Shown here piece after piece: positions 49,692 through 59,346 of a DNA stretch of 64,000 nt. A program made the position numbers and the translations under genes. The DNA comes from Candidatus Undinarchaeota archaeon. Lineage in GTDB: Archaea > SpSt-1190 > JASMDC01. The stretch covers positions 1-64,000 of the forward strand of contig CAZFHY010000007.1 in the NCBI GenBank assembly GCA_964519305.1, read 5' to 3'. Below the pieces are notes generated by a model. The model saw only the letters and a list, made by a program, of their open reading frames with translations, made no database searches and had not been told where the DNA came from. The stretch's first letter is position 1. The number at the start of each line of letters is the position of its first letter.

Positions 49692-49812
49692 CTAGTGGAT
49701 TAATACCGGCCCTTCAGCAGCTCACGTTGCTCGACAACATATAATTATGATGATTGTCCCACACTGAACACCCGTGTGAAAAGTCATCAATCCGGTAAAG
49801 AGAGCGAAACAG

Positions 49813-51021
49813 ATGGACGTACTTATCGAACTCATCCTCATCCTTGGTCTAGCTAGAATATGCGGTAGCATTGTCGAACGACTTGGTCAACCCCGCGTAG
49901 TAGGTGAGCTCCTCACAGGGTTCGTCCTTGGCAAGGCATGGCTGGACATTATCCAACCGGACGCGGCACTGGATGTCCTGTCGAACTTGGGAATTATCTT
50001 CCTGATGTACCTCGCTGGCCTCCATATGAAGCCACAGGAGCTTCTGGACGTATCAATACCGGCTTTTCTCGTTGCCTTTTTCGGTGCTTTCGTTCCTATG
50101 GTCCTCGGGTACGAAGTGACCGTCTGGTTCGGATTCAATCCAATACATGCGTTGTTCGTAGGTGTTGGGCTCTCCATAACCGCGGTCGCGGTCAAGGCAC
50201 GCATACTCATGGATCTGGGGGGTCTGGAGTCGAGAGTGGGGAAGATCATCATGAGTGCGGCCGTCTTGGATGACGTCATGGGCCTGGTGTTCTTCGCTAT
50301 CCTCTCGTCGCTTGCCGTCGACGGCGTGCTCCCGACCGGAGGGGCACTACTTAACATCCTTGTTCACATCATGTTCTTTTTCGGATTCGCCGTGTTCGCG
50401 GGATATCTTCTACCATATCTGGCGCCAAGGATACGGAAGCTGGCTGATACAAAGGACGGCCTCTTCACGTTCTGCCTGGTCGTGAGCTTCTCCTTTGCGT
50501 ACTTTGCAGAGGAGTTCGGCCTCCATCCTATGATCGGCGCCTATGTCGCAGGTCTACTCGTTAAGTCGCTAGGGATGCAGGGCATCGATACCAAGCAGGT
50601 ACTTGATATGTTCACTCCCGTAGCTTTCGGGTTTCTAGGCCCGCTCTTCTTTGTCCGGATTGCGTTGGAGGTGGATGCGAGCGCTCTTTACGAGCATGGT
50701 TCTTTCGTTCTCGCGGTCATCACAGTAGCTATCATCGGAAAGGTTTTCGGATGTGGTCTTGCAGCACTCCTGACGGGGAGCTCAAGACGCGAAGCAGTCG
50801 TAATCGGCCTTGGGATGAACGGACGGGGTGCCGTGGAACTGGTCATTGCCCAGTTCGGTAGACAGATGACGGCCAATCCTCTCCCTGATGTCATCTTCTC
50901 TACACTTGTGATAATGGCGTTCACAACGACCTTGCTCACCCCCATCACACTGAAACGGGCTTTGCCTTGGTATAATGAAGAGCGGTTGGCACACACTGAT
51001 CCCTCATGGCATGAGAGCTAG
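49813..51021 (+). CDS. Cation:proton antiporter (CPA2, NapA-like)
   Basis: QPRVVGEL, ITAVAV, AAVLDDV, GKVFG, GMNGRGAV. Confidence 0.92.
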   Translation: MDVLIELILILGLARICGSIVERLGQPRVVGELLTGFVLGKAWLDIIQPDAALDVLSNLGIIFLMYLAGLHMKPQELLDVSIPAFLVAFFGAFVPMVLGYEVTVWFGFNPIHALFVGVGLSITAVAVKARILMDLGGLESRVGKIIMSAAVLDDVMGLVFFAILSSLAVDGVLPTGGALLNILVHIMFFFGFAVFAGYLLPYLAPRIRKLADTKDGLFTFCLVVSFSFAYFAEEFGLHPMIGAYVAGLLVKSLGMQGIDTKQVLDMFTPVAFGFLGPLFFVRIALEVDASALYEHGSFVLAVITVAIIGKVFGCGLAALLTGSSRREAVVIGLGMNGRGAVELVIAQFGRQMTANPLPDVIFSTLVIMAFTTTLLTPITLKRALPWYNEERLAHTDPSWHES

Positions 51022-51132
51022 AATCAACTCATTCGCGCGCGGTCGGGGTAAGTATTAAAACATTGAACGGGGTCCAACTCCCCGGGAGAACATGCGGACG
51101 ATTTTTCGTGTTGTGGTCCAGGAGTGCACGTA

Positions 51133-52377
51133 ATGCAGCCCATCCTCTTCGAGCTCATCGTCGTTCTTGGTTTCGCACGACTTGGCGGGAGCATCGCCCA
51201 GCGCTTGGGACAGCCTCGTATCGTGGGCGAGCTCATGGTAGGGTTCTTCATCGGGAAAGCCTTCCTCAATCTGATCGAGGTATCGGATGCGCTGGATGCT
51301 TTCGCTGATGTCGGTATAATCTTCCTGATGTATCTCGCAGGGCTTCACATGAAACCGACGGACCTTCTGGACGTCTCGATCCCATCCTTCCTCGTTGCGA
51401 TCTTCGGTGCATTCATCCCCATGTTCCTGGGATTCCAGGTGACCATATGGTTCGGATTCCATCCGGTACATGCGCTCTTCGTCGGTGTGGCTTTATCTAT
51501 AACCGCAGTGGCCGTGAAGGCGCGTATCCTCATCGAGCAAGGTGAACTCGAGACACGTGCAGGTCGCATTGGCATGGGTGCGGCAGTTCTCGATGATGTC
51601 ATAGGTCTTGTGTTCTTCAGCATCCTTTCCACGATGGTCGCTGTCGGGACGCTCCCGGACGGTATTGAACTGTTGAGTATCCTTGCGCGCGTCATGTTCT
51701 TCTTTGGATTCGCCATGCTGGCTGGATTCCTCTTACCACCTCTCACGAAGCGGCTGGGAAATCTCGGTGAATCGCCGGATAATCTCCTGACGTTCTGCCT
51801 AATCATAAGTTTCTCATTCGCGTACATCGCTGAAAACTTCGGGGTCCATCCCATTATCGGAGCCTATATCGCCGGTCTCCTGGTAAACTCTATCGGCATG
51901 CAGGGCATCGATACGCGTAAGCTACAGGAGATAGTCCATCCCCTGGCCTTCGGGTTTCTAGTCCCCCTCTTCTTCGTCCGCATCGCTCTCGAAGTGGAGG
52001 GCTCCGCGCTCTTCGAGAATCCAACGTTCACCCTAGCGATAATCATAGTTGCAGTGTTAGGGAAAGTGGTAGGGTGCGGGATCGCCGCCCGGATTGCCGG
52101 CAGTTCATGGCGCGAAGCGCTCATAATCGGTCTTGGGATGAACGGACGAGGTGCCGTGGAACTGGTCATTGCTGAACTGGGAAGACAGTTCACGAGGAAC
52201 CCTCTTCCGGATATCATTTTCTCGAGCCTAGTTCTCATGGCGTTCACGACGACCATCCTTACACCAATCACTCTCAAGATCGCCATGCCTTGGTACCGCG
52301 AAGAATTGATGGCGTTCACTGAGCCGGACTGGCGAGACAGCTCGGAACCCGTCCGTAGCTCGCGAGCGGGTGCGTGA
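51133..52377 (+). CDS. Cation:proton antiporter (CPA2), tandem paralog
   Basis: Same motifs and colinear with 49813..51021. Confidence 0.92.
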   Translation: MQPILFELIVVLGFARLGGSIAQRLGQPRIVGELMVGFFIGKAFLNLIEVSDALDAFADVGIIFLMYLAGLHMKPTDLLDVSIPSFLVAIFGAFIPMFLGFQVTIWFGFHPVHALFVGVALSITAVAVKARILIEQGELETRAGRIGMGAAVLDDVIGLVFFSILSTMVAVGTLPDGIELLSILARVMFFFGFAMLAGFLLPPLTKRLGNLGESPDNLLTFCLIISFSFAYIAENFGVHPIIGAYIAGLLVNSIGMQGIDTRKLQEIVHPLAFGFLVPLFFVRIALEVEGSALFENPTFTLAIIIVAVLGKVVGCGIAARIAGSSWREALIIGLGMNGRGAVELVIAELGRQFTRNPLPDIIFSSLVLMAFTTTILTPITLKIAMPWYREELMAFTEPDWRDSSEPVRSSRAGA

Positions 52378-52781
52378 AGGTGGGGAAGCAACGACATCAC
52401 CGGTTACCAAAGGTGATTGATGAGGATGACGACAAGATCCAACCTGTTCTAGTCGAGGTGTTCTCGTCACCCACATGCCCTCACTGTCCACGTGCGGTGC
52501 GAACGGCAAAGAGGGTTGCTCGTACGTTCGGTACAAAGGTACGTTTCATCCATACCGACATAGGAATGGGTGCTGGATCACGAAGAGCGAAATCGTTCAA
52601 GGTCATGAGCGTTCCTACGATCCTCATCCACAGCCCCGAAGGGGAGGTCCTTGGACACAGAGGGAATCCTGAGGACAGCACACTTGAGAAGATGATACGC
52701 CAAGCACTTGGTGAGGCCGAGCCGATAGGATCATCAGATGGAATACTGACCCGTATCAAACGCACGATAATCGGCGACTAG
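52374..52781 (+). CDS. Thioredoxin/glutaredoxin-like protein
   Basis: VEVFSSPTCPHCP, VMSVPTI; GTGA overlap with the antiporter. Confidence 0.88.
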   Translation: MKVGKQRHHRLPKVIDEDDDKIQPVLVEVFSSPTCPHCPRAVRTAKRVARTFGTKVRFIHTDIGMGAGSRRAKSFKVMSVPTILIHSPEGEVLGHRGNPEDSTLEKMIRQALGEAEPIGSSDGILTRIKRTIIGD

Positions 52782-52786
52782 CTTGC

Positions 52787-53128
52787 TTATACACGGACGC
52801 CCCTCTTGACCTCCATGATCTCCACGTGGTCAGGCTCGAAGGCTGCTTTTATCGCGGGGAGCGCACGGTATGGATCGAGACCACGGCACGTAAAGATATC
52901 GATAGCGGCATATTCGTGCTCAGGCCACGTATGGATCGATATGTGGGATTCCGCGATAATGGCGACGGCTGTCACTCCCTGAGGCGAGTACTTACGGGTC
53001 GTCATATCCATGAGCGTAGCACCGCAATCGTCCACGGCCTGACGGAGGGTCAGCTCTACATGTTCCATCGTATCCAGGTGCTTGCAGCCCCAGAGCTCGA
53101 TGAGTACATGAACGGCGAGGGCTTCCAC
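52787..53128 (-). CDS. speD: S-adenosylmethionine decarboxylase proenzyme (class 1)
   Basis: H.LIELWGC, PQGVT, AESHISIHTWPE self-cleavage site, DIFTC; GTG start at 53128 inferred. Confidence 0.92.
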   Translation of the reverse strand: MEALAVHVLIELWGCKHLDTMEHVELTLRQAVDDCGATLMDMTTRKYSPQGVTAVAIIAESHISIHTWPEHEYAAIDIFTCRGLDPYRALPAIKAAFEPDHVEIMEVKRGVRV

Positions 53129-53180
53129 GGGTATATGAAGGACCGTAAAGGATAAAAACAAGCTCGTGGACTGTAAATCT

Positions 53181-53435
53181 GTGCTTACCGGAACGTTCGT
53201 TGACGAACTAGTCATCATCATACTCATACTGGCCGTGGTGTTTGGCCTTTCCACAGGCCAGATCCTTGTCATTCTCGAGATCACGCTCAAGTTCTTTGCT
53301 GTCTTTGCCGTGATCTGGTTGACCTATTCGTTCTTTGTCCTCGGCAGTTCCGAGGGCGATGAGGATGACGAGGGTTGGTGGGGTAAGCGACGTAAGAACG
53401 AGCAGGATCAAGGGGGCGTGGAGCACGTCAACTGA
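53181..53435 (+). CDS. Small 2-TM membrane protein
   Basis: Two hydrophobic helices and a charged tail; start uncertain. Confidence 0.55.
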   Translation: MLTGTFVDELVIIILILAVVFGLSTGQILVILEITLKFFAVFAVIWLTYSFFVLGSSEGDEDDEGWWGKRRKNEQDQGGVEHVN

Positions 53436-53613
53436 TACCTGTGCGGTCTGTAGTGCCCCTGTCAAAGAGCGCCGGGGAAAGGTACAGGGCACCTATGTCA
53501 AGATCCCTGGGAAGAAGAAGTACCTAATTGTCTGCTCAGGTTGTCAATCACGTCTACGGACAAGGGTCGGCGACCGTAACATAAAGTCCGAGGTTCTCGA
53601 GAGCCTTGATTGA
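53425..53613 (+). CDS. Small zinc-finger protein (CAVC..GTYVK..VCSGCQ)
   Basis: Two CxxC motifs; no canonical start nearby (ACG at 53425 or ATG at 53365). Confidence 0.55.
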   Translation, partial: TSTDTCAVCSAPVKERRGKVQGTYVKIPGKKKYLIVCSGCQSRLRTRVGDRNIKSEVLESLD

Positions 53614-53804
53614 GCCCGCTTCAAATACTTGTGGTAGCCCAGTAATCGAATCCGCCCACGATTCGTAGGAGTGTTCTCTTGGTCGGATCGAGTGCAATAC
53701 GTGCGTGGGGACGTGAGATAACCACAGAACGCAAAGGCGATTGACACCCATCCGACATCCTTAAAACCTTGAGCATGTAGGTCGACGATGACGTACGGGG
53801 GCAC

Positions 53805-54572
53805 ATGACAATGGGTATGGTTGAAGGCGTGATCCAAGGGGAGACCATCACATATGAGATCGCTCGAAAGATCACCTCCCGGAACTGGTCACGTTTCTTC
53901 CTCTTTCTCTTCATAGGATTGGTCCTTCTGGGCGCGCGTGGTGTCCCTCAGCTTATCGGACTTGTGTTAGTCCTCCATTCCTTCACGAACCTCTGGGGTA
54001 CTCGGCGTGTGCCCATGGTCGTATGCACGGACCGTGCCTTCTATCTGCGCAACCGTGTCGAGGACGAGAAAATGCGTCGCATGTCCTACAAGCATCTGGC
54101 CGATTCGTTCCTCATCTCGCAACAAAAGGATAACAAGATCGTCCAGGTGGTCAATATCGTGACTGATTCGGGTGACCGCCTGTCCTTTACCAGTCATAAG
54201 ACCGAAACCGCGGCTGATGTAGTCTCATGCCTCAAAGCCAACATTAAGGCGGCCATGGGACGTCATAGGGTCGTTGAGAAGAAGATCATTGAGCGCGAAC
54301 GTATCATAGAGAAGGCGGCCACCACCCCGAAAGCAGGCGCTGGAAAGGGTTCAAACCGATGCTCCTACTGTGGTGCCACGTTCGTGCGAAAAATGTCCTC
54401 TTGTCCCCATTGTGGTGCGGACCTCACGAGCGATGATAGCAGCGGGAACGATGAGAAGGGAAAGGATGATGTCGAAACGAAGCTTATCAAGCTCCGCAAG
54501 CTACACGACAAGGGCCTTGTGAGCGATGAGAGCTTCAAGAAGAAGGAACAGCAACTCCTGGACAAGCTCTAG
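53805..54572 (+). CDS. 2-TM protein with bPH-like domain, zinc ribbon and SHOCT domain
   Basis: VCTDRAFY, CSYC..CPHC, KLIKLRKLHDKGLVSDESFKKKEQQLL. Confidence 0.75.
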   Translation: MTMGMVEGVIQGETITYEIARKITSRNWSRFFLFLFIGLVLLGARGVPQLIGLVLVLHSFTNLWGTRRVPMVVCTDRAFYLRNRVEDEKMRRMSYKHLADSFLISQQKDNKIVQVVNIVTDSGDRLSFTSHKTETAADVVSCLKANIKAAMGRHRVVEKKIIERERIIEKAATTPKAGAGKGSNRCSYCGATFVRKMSSCPHCGADLTSDDSSGNDEKGKDDVETKLIKLRKLHDKGLVSDESFKKKEQQLLDKL

Positions 54573-54739
54573 AGTGACGTAATCGTCACAGAGATACCTA
54601 TCCTGCATAGGACCATCCTTGACCGTAAGGGGATTTCGAGCTGGTAGTATTATTTCCTAGTTAACGTCCTATAAGGGATTTGTGCCCCTCTTCGCCCTCC
54701 GCGACAACTTTTTATACCTACGTGGGTTGGTTCTGTGCA

Positions 54740-57511
54740 ATGAGGCAGAGGTATGTTCTACTGTTGTTGATAACCCTCTCGCTCATCGCTCCGTTCGCCG
54801 GGGCGGTGGCCGCCGAGAGCATCCGCGAGGAGGTGACATTGACACGGCTAGACCGGTTGGAGGCGACCGTCGAGTTCATATTCTCGAAACGACAGATGGA
54901 CTCCATACAGGAAGAACACGTAAGGATGATCTGCAACCGGGCCCACTTCTCCTCATGCGATGCAGTTGTCGATAGGCTCCATAACGCCATCACGGTTACG
55001 GCCTCCATGCGACCTACAATCGTTATCGATACCGTTGAGGACGCAGGTGGAGGGAAGCTTCGTGCGGTCTTCGCTCATAGGTACGCACCTCTGCAGCATG
55101 TCCTGGCCACGCGAGTTAGTACCCAGAACACCCGCCTAACCATCCACTATCCTACCCATTCTTTCTCATTCGACAAGCCCGTGATGGAGGAAATGAGGAA
55201 CACCTTCACGATAACCTTCAATCACCAGCCCTTCCCGTTCGATTTCGGGACGGCCCTCGCGAGCTCGAACGAGGATCTGATCGTTGGCGATACCATAGAC
55301 ATCCCGGAGATGCACGGGGAATTGTGCTATTCTGCCCTATTTTTCGGTACGACGAAGGTATTCCATACGACAACCGTTGGTTGCCAGAAGATGTACCTGC
55401 CCAGCGGAGGTGCACCGACCGGAGTGGAGCCAGCTATCCATGTCCTCTCCTATTCAAAGGACAATGTACAGTATTCTACCTTCGGTCCGGAGGACGTTCC
55501 CATCGAGCCCTCTTCCATGGCCCTCGCCCTTTCGCTCGAGCAACGCGTGATCAAGCTCGGCCGTCCGGTCCGAATCGACATCACGACCGATGAGGAAGCC
55601 GAATGGTGTGAGGTGGTAATCATGGACAGCCTCCTTAATCCTCTTGGTACGGTTAGGTACGAATCTTGCGATGAGATCCTTGTGGGCACTAGGACGTCGT
55701 GGTTGCCCGGGCTCCATTATTTCAGGGTGACCGTTCACGCTGGTTCCAAGCATGCGTCCGCGTCCGAATCCGTTACGCTCGAACCTTCAGGTCATGAGGA
55801 GGGACCAGGATTCGATGTGGAGAAGGACGTGTTCACAGCAGGTGAGTCCGTGACCCTGCATTCATCCTTCCGTGGTAGGGGCCTCTACTGCACTACGCGT
55901 CTCTACGATCTCGAGTACAACCTGGTTTCAGAAGTGGACTCGTTCGGATGCGAACGCGCCACTGTAGACCTGGACGAGACACTAGCAGCAGGCAGTTATA
56001 TCATCAAGACCGATATGTACGAAAAGGGACGGCTAAAAGGATTCGAGTCCACCATCATCCAGATCAAGCCATGGAGCCCTCTTCCAGGTACGCTCATGGA
56101 GCGGTTATGCTCGGGTTCGTTCTTCAGGTTGGAGGACGAACGCATACCTTGCCTCGTACCTGGAAGGACATGTACACCGACCTCGCTCCAATTACCGCTG
56201 TGCCTGTGCTTTGACAAGAGCGGCAACGTAAAGGACAGTTGTAACTATGCGGATGTCTGTACAAAGGACGGTTGTCGCGAGCGTGCGATACCGCCCTACA
56301 CCGTTATCATGGACGGGACCAAGTGTGTTGCTAGGCGTGGAACACATGTACTGCCATGCGTCGGACCGGGAGAGCTCTGCTCAGGTTCGTGCTTATGCGT
56401 GGACAGGTTCCGATCACCGATCTCTACATGTAATGAGAACTCTCTATGCACACCGACCGGTTGTAGCGCACCAGAGATTGTGTTCGATGTCGAGGAAGTG
56501 GAGCCCGTCTCCGCACGTCGTTCGGATCTTGCGAACGGAATAGACATGACCTGGCACGGCGTGCTCAAATACCACGACCGTATCACGGCCGGAGAGGGAT
56601 TCACCGTCCGCTCGCGCCTCGGAGATGCTGATGAGAGCGCGACCATCGATGCATCGGGTGATGGACGAGTCACAGTTTACACACACCTGGCGACACAACT
56701 CAAGGAGGGGGAGACGGAAGCCTATCTCCTGTTCGAGAGAGAGGAGGCGAAGCTCCTTGTGAAACGACAGTTCTCGGTACAGTACGATGATCCGGGATTG
56801 CTGTTCGAGATCGTGGACGTTGAGCCGGAGGCGCTCGATGCTGAACGACTTCGTGGTGAGCAGTCGCTGCGTGTGCGTATGCGCGTGTATGACGAGCAAG
56901 GCCATGATGTAGTGTCACTCCCCATCTCGGCGTTCGATATGGTCGTCGACGGCGTGCTTGTCCGTTCGATCTCAGCGAAGTTCATCGACGACATGTGGAC
57001 CGTGGTCGGAACGCTCTGGGCGGAGGATCTCCCGCCGGGGCCGAGGCGACTGACATTGTCCGTGGACCACCTAGGACGATCGCGCAAGATCGAACGCAGC
57101 ATCGATGTGATGCGAAAGGCACCACTCGACGTGAGCATCATGAAGGTCGATCCGGGTACGAAACAAAAACCGCTCTTCCTCATGATCGTCGGTATCGGGT
57201 TCGATATGGATGTCTATGTTGAGCTACAAGGGTCCGAGAGCCTGAGCAAGAACGATGTGACCATTTCACTGAACAAGAAGGACATCTCCGATACGATCAC
57301 ATATATCGTGAGCACGGCCAAGGGGCCGAAGATACACCTCTCCAACGTCCGGCTCTGCCCCGACCATCCCCCTCGCCCGAACAGCGAGATACCGTTCGAG
57401 GTACAGATACGAACGGGAGATGAGACGGCCAGCGACAAGACCCGACTGGTCGTCCGGGGGAATCCCGGCGATTGGTCGAACCTGGGACAGACGGGGTGTG
57501 ATGCCCGATGA
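54740..57511 (+). CDS. Large secreted beta-sandwich (Ig-like) protein with central Cys-rich region
   Basis: Signal peptide MRQRYVLLLLITLSLIAPFAGA; repeated beta-rich modules (PG.HY, AGSY); Cys cluster; ATGA overlap with the next gene. Confidence 0.75.
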   Translation: MRQRYVLLLLITLSLIAPFAGAVAAESIREEVTLTRLDRLEATVEFIFSKRQMDSIQEEHVRMICNRAHFSSCDAVVDRLHNAITVTASMRPTIVIDTVEDAGGGKLRAVFAHRYAPLQHVLATRVSTQNTRLTIHYPTHSFSFDKPVMEEMRNTFTITFNHQPFPFDFGTALASSNEDLIVGDTIDIPEMHGELCYSALFFGTTKVFHTTTVGCQKMYLPSGGAPTGVEPAIHVLSYSKDNVQYSTFGPEDVPIEPSSMALALSLEQRVIKLGRPVRIDITTDEEAEWCEVVIMDSLLNPLGTVRYESCDEILVGTRTSWLPGLHYFRVTVHAGSKHASASESVTLEPSGHEEGPGFDVEKDVFTAGESVTLHSSFRGRGLYCTTRLYDLEYNLVSEVDSFGCERATVDLDETLAAGSYIIKTDMYEKGRLKGFESTIIQIKPWSPLPGTLMERLCSGSFFRLEDERIPCLVPGRTCTPTSLQLPLCLCFDKSGNVKDSCNYADVCTKDGCRERAIPPYTVIMDGTKCVARRGTHVLPCVGPGELCSGSCLCVDRFRSPISTCNENSLCTPTGCSAPEIVFDVEEVEPVSARRSDLANGIDMTWHGVLKYHDRITAGEGFTVRSRLGDADESATIDASGDGRVTVYTHLATQLKEGETEAYLLFEREEAKLLVKRQFSVQYDDPGLLFEIVDVEPEALDAERLRGEQSLRVRMRVYDEQGHDVVSLPISAFDMVVDGVLVRSISAKFIDDMWTVVGTLWAEDLPPGPRRLTLSVDHLGRSRKIERSIDVMRKAPLDVSIMKVDPGTKQKPLFLMIVGIGFDMDVYVELQGSESLSKNDVTISLNKKDISDTITYIVSTAKGPKIHLSNVRLCPDHPPRPNSEIPFEVQIRTGDETASDKTRLVVRGNPGDWSNLGQTGCDAR

Positions 57512-59346
57512 GCGCAGGGATCGAACGCCGTGGTCAGTTCACGCTCATAGGTCTTGCAGCAATCGCTCTCGTAGTGCTCATGATCGTCATGTTCACGCTC
57601 AAGGGGACCGAGGCCGATCGGGACCGTCGCATAACTGAGAGCGAAGCAATGGATATTTCGCGGGTCCTTGAGAAGGAGACCCGGTTCCTCGAGGGTGTTC
57701 TTGAAGATGCTGTTGCGTCCGCCGTGTTCGAGATGGGGCAGAACGGCGGGTACACGCTGGAGAACAGGCCCGGGCTCAAGCATATGGGCATCCCCTACCT
57801 GTTCTATCAGGGGCATGTCGTGAACGTACCCACGGTCACAGTCATGGAGGACATGCTCGCAGAGGAGGTCGAGCGTAGGGTCACCAACGCGATCGAGAAG
57901 CATAAGGTCCAGCTGCGAAAGGAGAAGCGTACCTATTCCTTCGGTCATCCCGTGGTAGGGGGCATCATCGAAGAGACCGGATGTCGTATCGATCTGAGCG
58001 TACCGATCGTGGTGGAGGCAGAGGACGGAACGATGCATGCATCATCCACGATCGAGTTCACCCACGTGAGCCCTCTGCGGATAGGTCATCTGCGTAAGCT
58101 GGCCGAGGAGTACGTCCAGAACTACAACCAGCTCCGTTTCATGGAGATGGGGATTCTGGCAGGTATCCGGGAGGACGCCCGTATCTGGGAACCTCCGGGA
58201 AGGCTCATGCACTCGGTATCTTGTGAGAATCCCCCATACAAGGGGAAAGATGAGATGGTGACGCCGTTCAGGGAGAACTGCCAGCTATCGGTGGCACGTG
58301 AGCTCAAGCGCATCCGTAACCTCTTCCGTGAGGACCGACATGTAGAGTGGAACCTCGACTTCAGGCCCACCGACACCGATTTCACCTTCGTGGCGGAGAA
58401 CGATAAATATGGGTACGAGACAGAGCGTATCTATCTAGTTCCTCAGATGCTCGCACCATTCTCACCACGGTCGGACGTATGCATCTCACACTACGAAGTG
58501 ACCTATGAGCTGAGCTGGCCGGTACTGGTATCACTTATCGACCTGCTTCCAACGGCGAAGGTCGTGGGCGGTTCGGGTTCCGCCCTTATCAAACCGCTAG
58601 AGTTCCAGTTCTATCTGGAACCGTATCTAGGGACCAACGAGGACGGGTCCGTGAACACACGTGCCGTTAACGAGTCCGTCGATGCTCCTTCACAGGTCGA
58701 TAGTAAATGCGCCGGTTCATGCAAGCTCGATCTGACGTTCACCAACTCGAACAACGGGCGGGTATGGCTCGATACATGCGCATTCTCCTACGACGGTAGC
58801 AAGCTGTACGAGGAAGAGGTCACCTGCGGTGTGCACACGCTGGTCGCAGCCGATGCCACTGACCCGACCCTTGGCAGGTTGATTAAGAGGGTGAACCTTC
58901 AGGACAAGCTCGAAGCGACCTACACGATCCCGCCTGCGATAACGGTGGAAGGGACCGTGTACGAAGAACAGCGGACCTACTGTGAGATGTCAGGTACCCT
59001 TACTTCACCGAACAACGTTCCGATCGTAGCCCGGGGTGGTGCACCTCCAGCTTACATCGAGGTACTGCTCATTCCATTAGAGATCGGACTGGGTGATGTG
59101 CAGTACGCTGCGGCCGATAATTCAGCACATTACTCGTTCCCGCAGGTGACACCTGGCGAGTACTGGCTCGTTGCCCGGTCCACTCCTGATGCGGACGGAC
59201 ATCCCCTCATCGCTGTGGACCCGGAAGGGAGGATAGTCAACATAAATGCTGACTCGCGAAGGATCGACGTAATCATGAAGCCGCTCCAGATCGCGTTCGT
59301 CCATGGCAAGTACGAGCGCGTCTCGGAGGTGAACGACGCGTGCTGA
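57508..59346 (+). CDS. Large protein with class III (prepilin-type) signal peptide
   Basis: MSAGIERRG|QFTLIGLAAIALVVLMIVMF; QNGGY..IPY motif; C-terminal beta domain (YSFPQVTPGEYWLVA). Confidence 0.78.
   Translation: MSAGIERRGQFTLIGLAAIALVVLMIVMFTLKGTEADRDRRITESEAMDISRVLEKETRFLEGVLEDAVASAVFEMGQNGGYTLENRPGLKHMGIPYLFYQGHVVNVPTVTVMEDMLAEEVERRVTNAIEKHKVQLRKEKRTYSFGHPVVGGIIEETGCRIDLSVPIVVEAEDGTMHASSTIEFTHVSPLRIGHLRKLAEEYVQNYNQLRFMEMGILAGIREDARIWEPPGRLMHSVSCENPPYKGKDEMVTPFRENCQLSVARELKRIRNLFREDRHVEWNLDFRPTDTDFTFVAENDKYGYETERIYLVPQMLAPFSPRSDVCISHYEVTYELSWPVLVSLIDLLPTAKVVGGSGSALIKPLEFQFYLEPYLGTNEDGSVNTRAVNESVDAPSQVDSKCAGSCKLDLTFTNSNNGRVWLDTCAFSYDGSKLYEEEVTCGVHTLVAADATDPTLGRLIKRVNLQDKLEATYTIPPAITVEGTVYEEQRTYCEMSGTLTSPNNVPIVARGGAPPAYIEVLLIPLEIGLGDVQYAAADNSAHYSFPQVTPGEYWLVARSTPDADGHPLIAVDPEGRIVNINADSRRIDVIMKPLQIAFVHGKYERVSEVNDAC

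Noticed and set aside
49747-49795. Possible C/D box sRNA (ATGATGA..CTGA)
   Set aside because: No convincing C' or terminal D box, and it overlaps the likely antiporter promoter
53626-53660. Minus-strand TTCGA..ACCA resembling a tRNA 3' end
   Set aside because: The T-stem and acceptor stem do not pair
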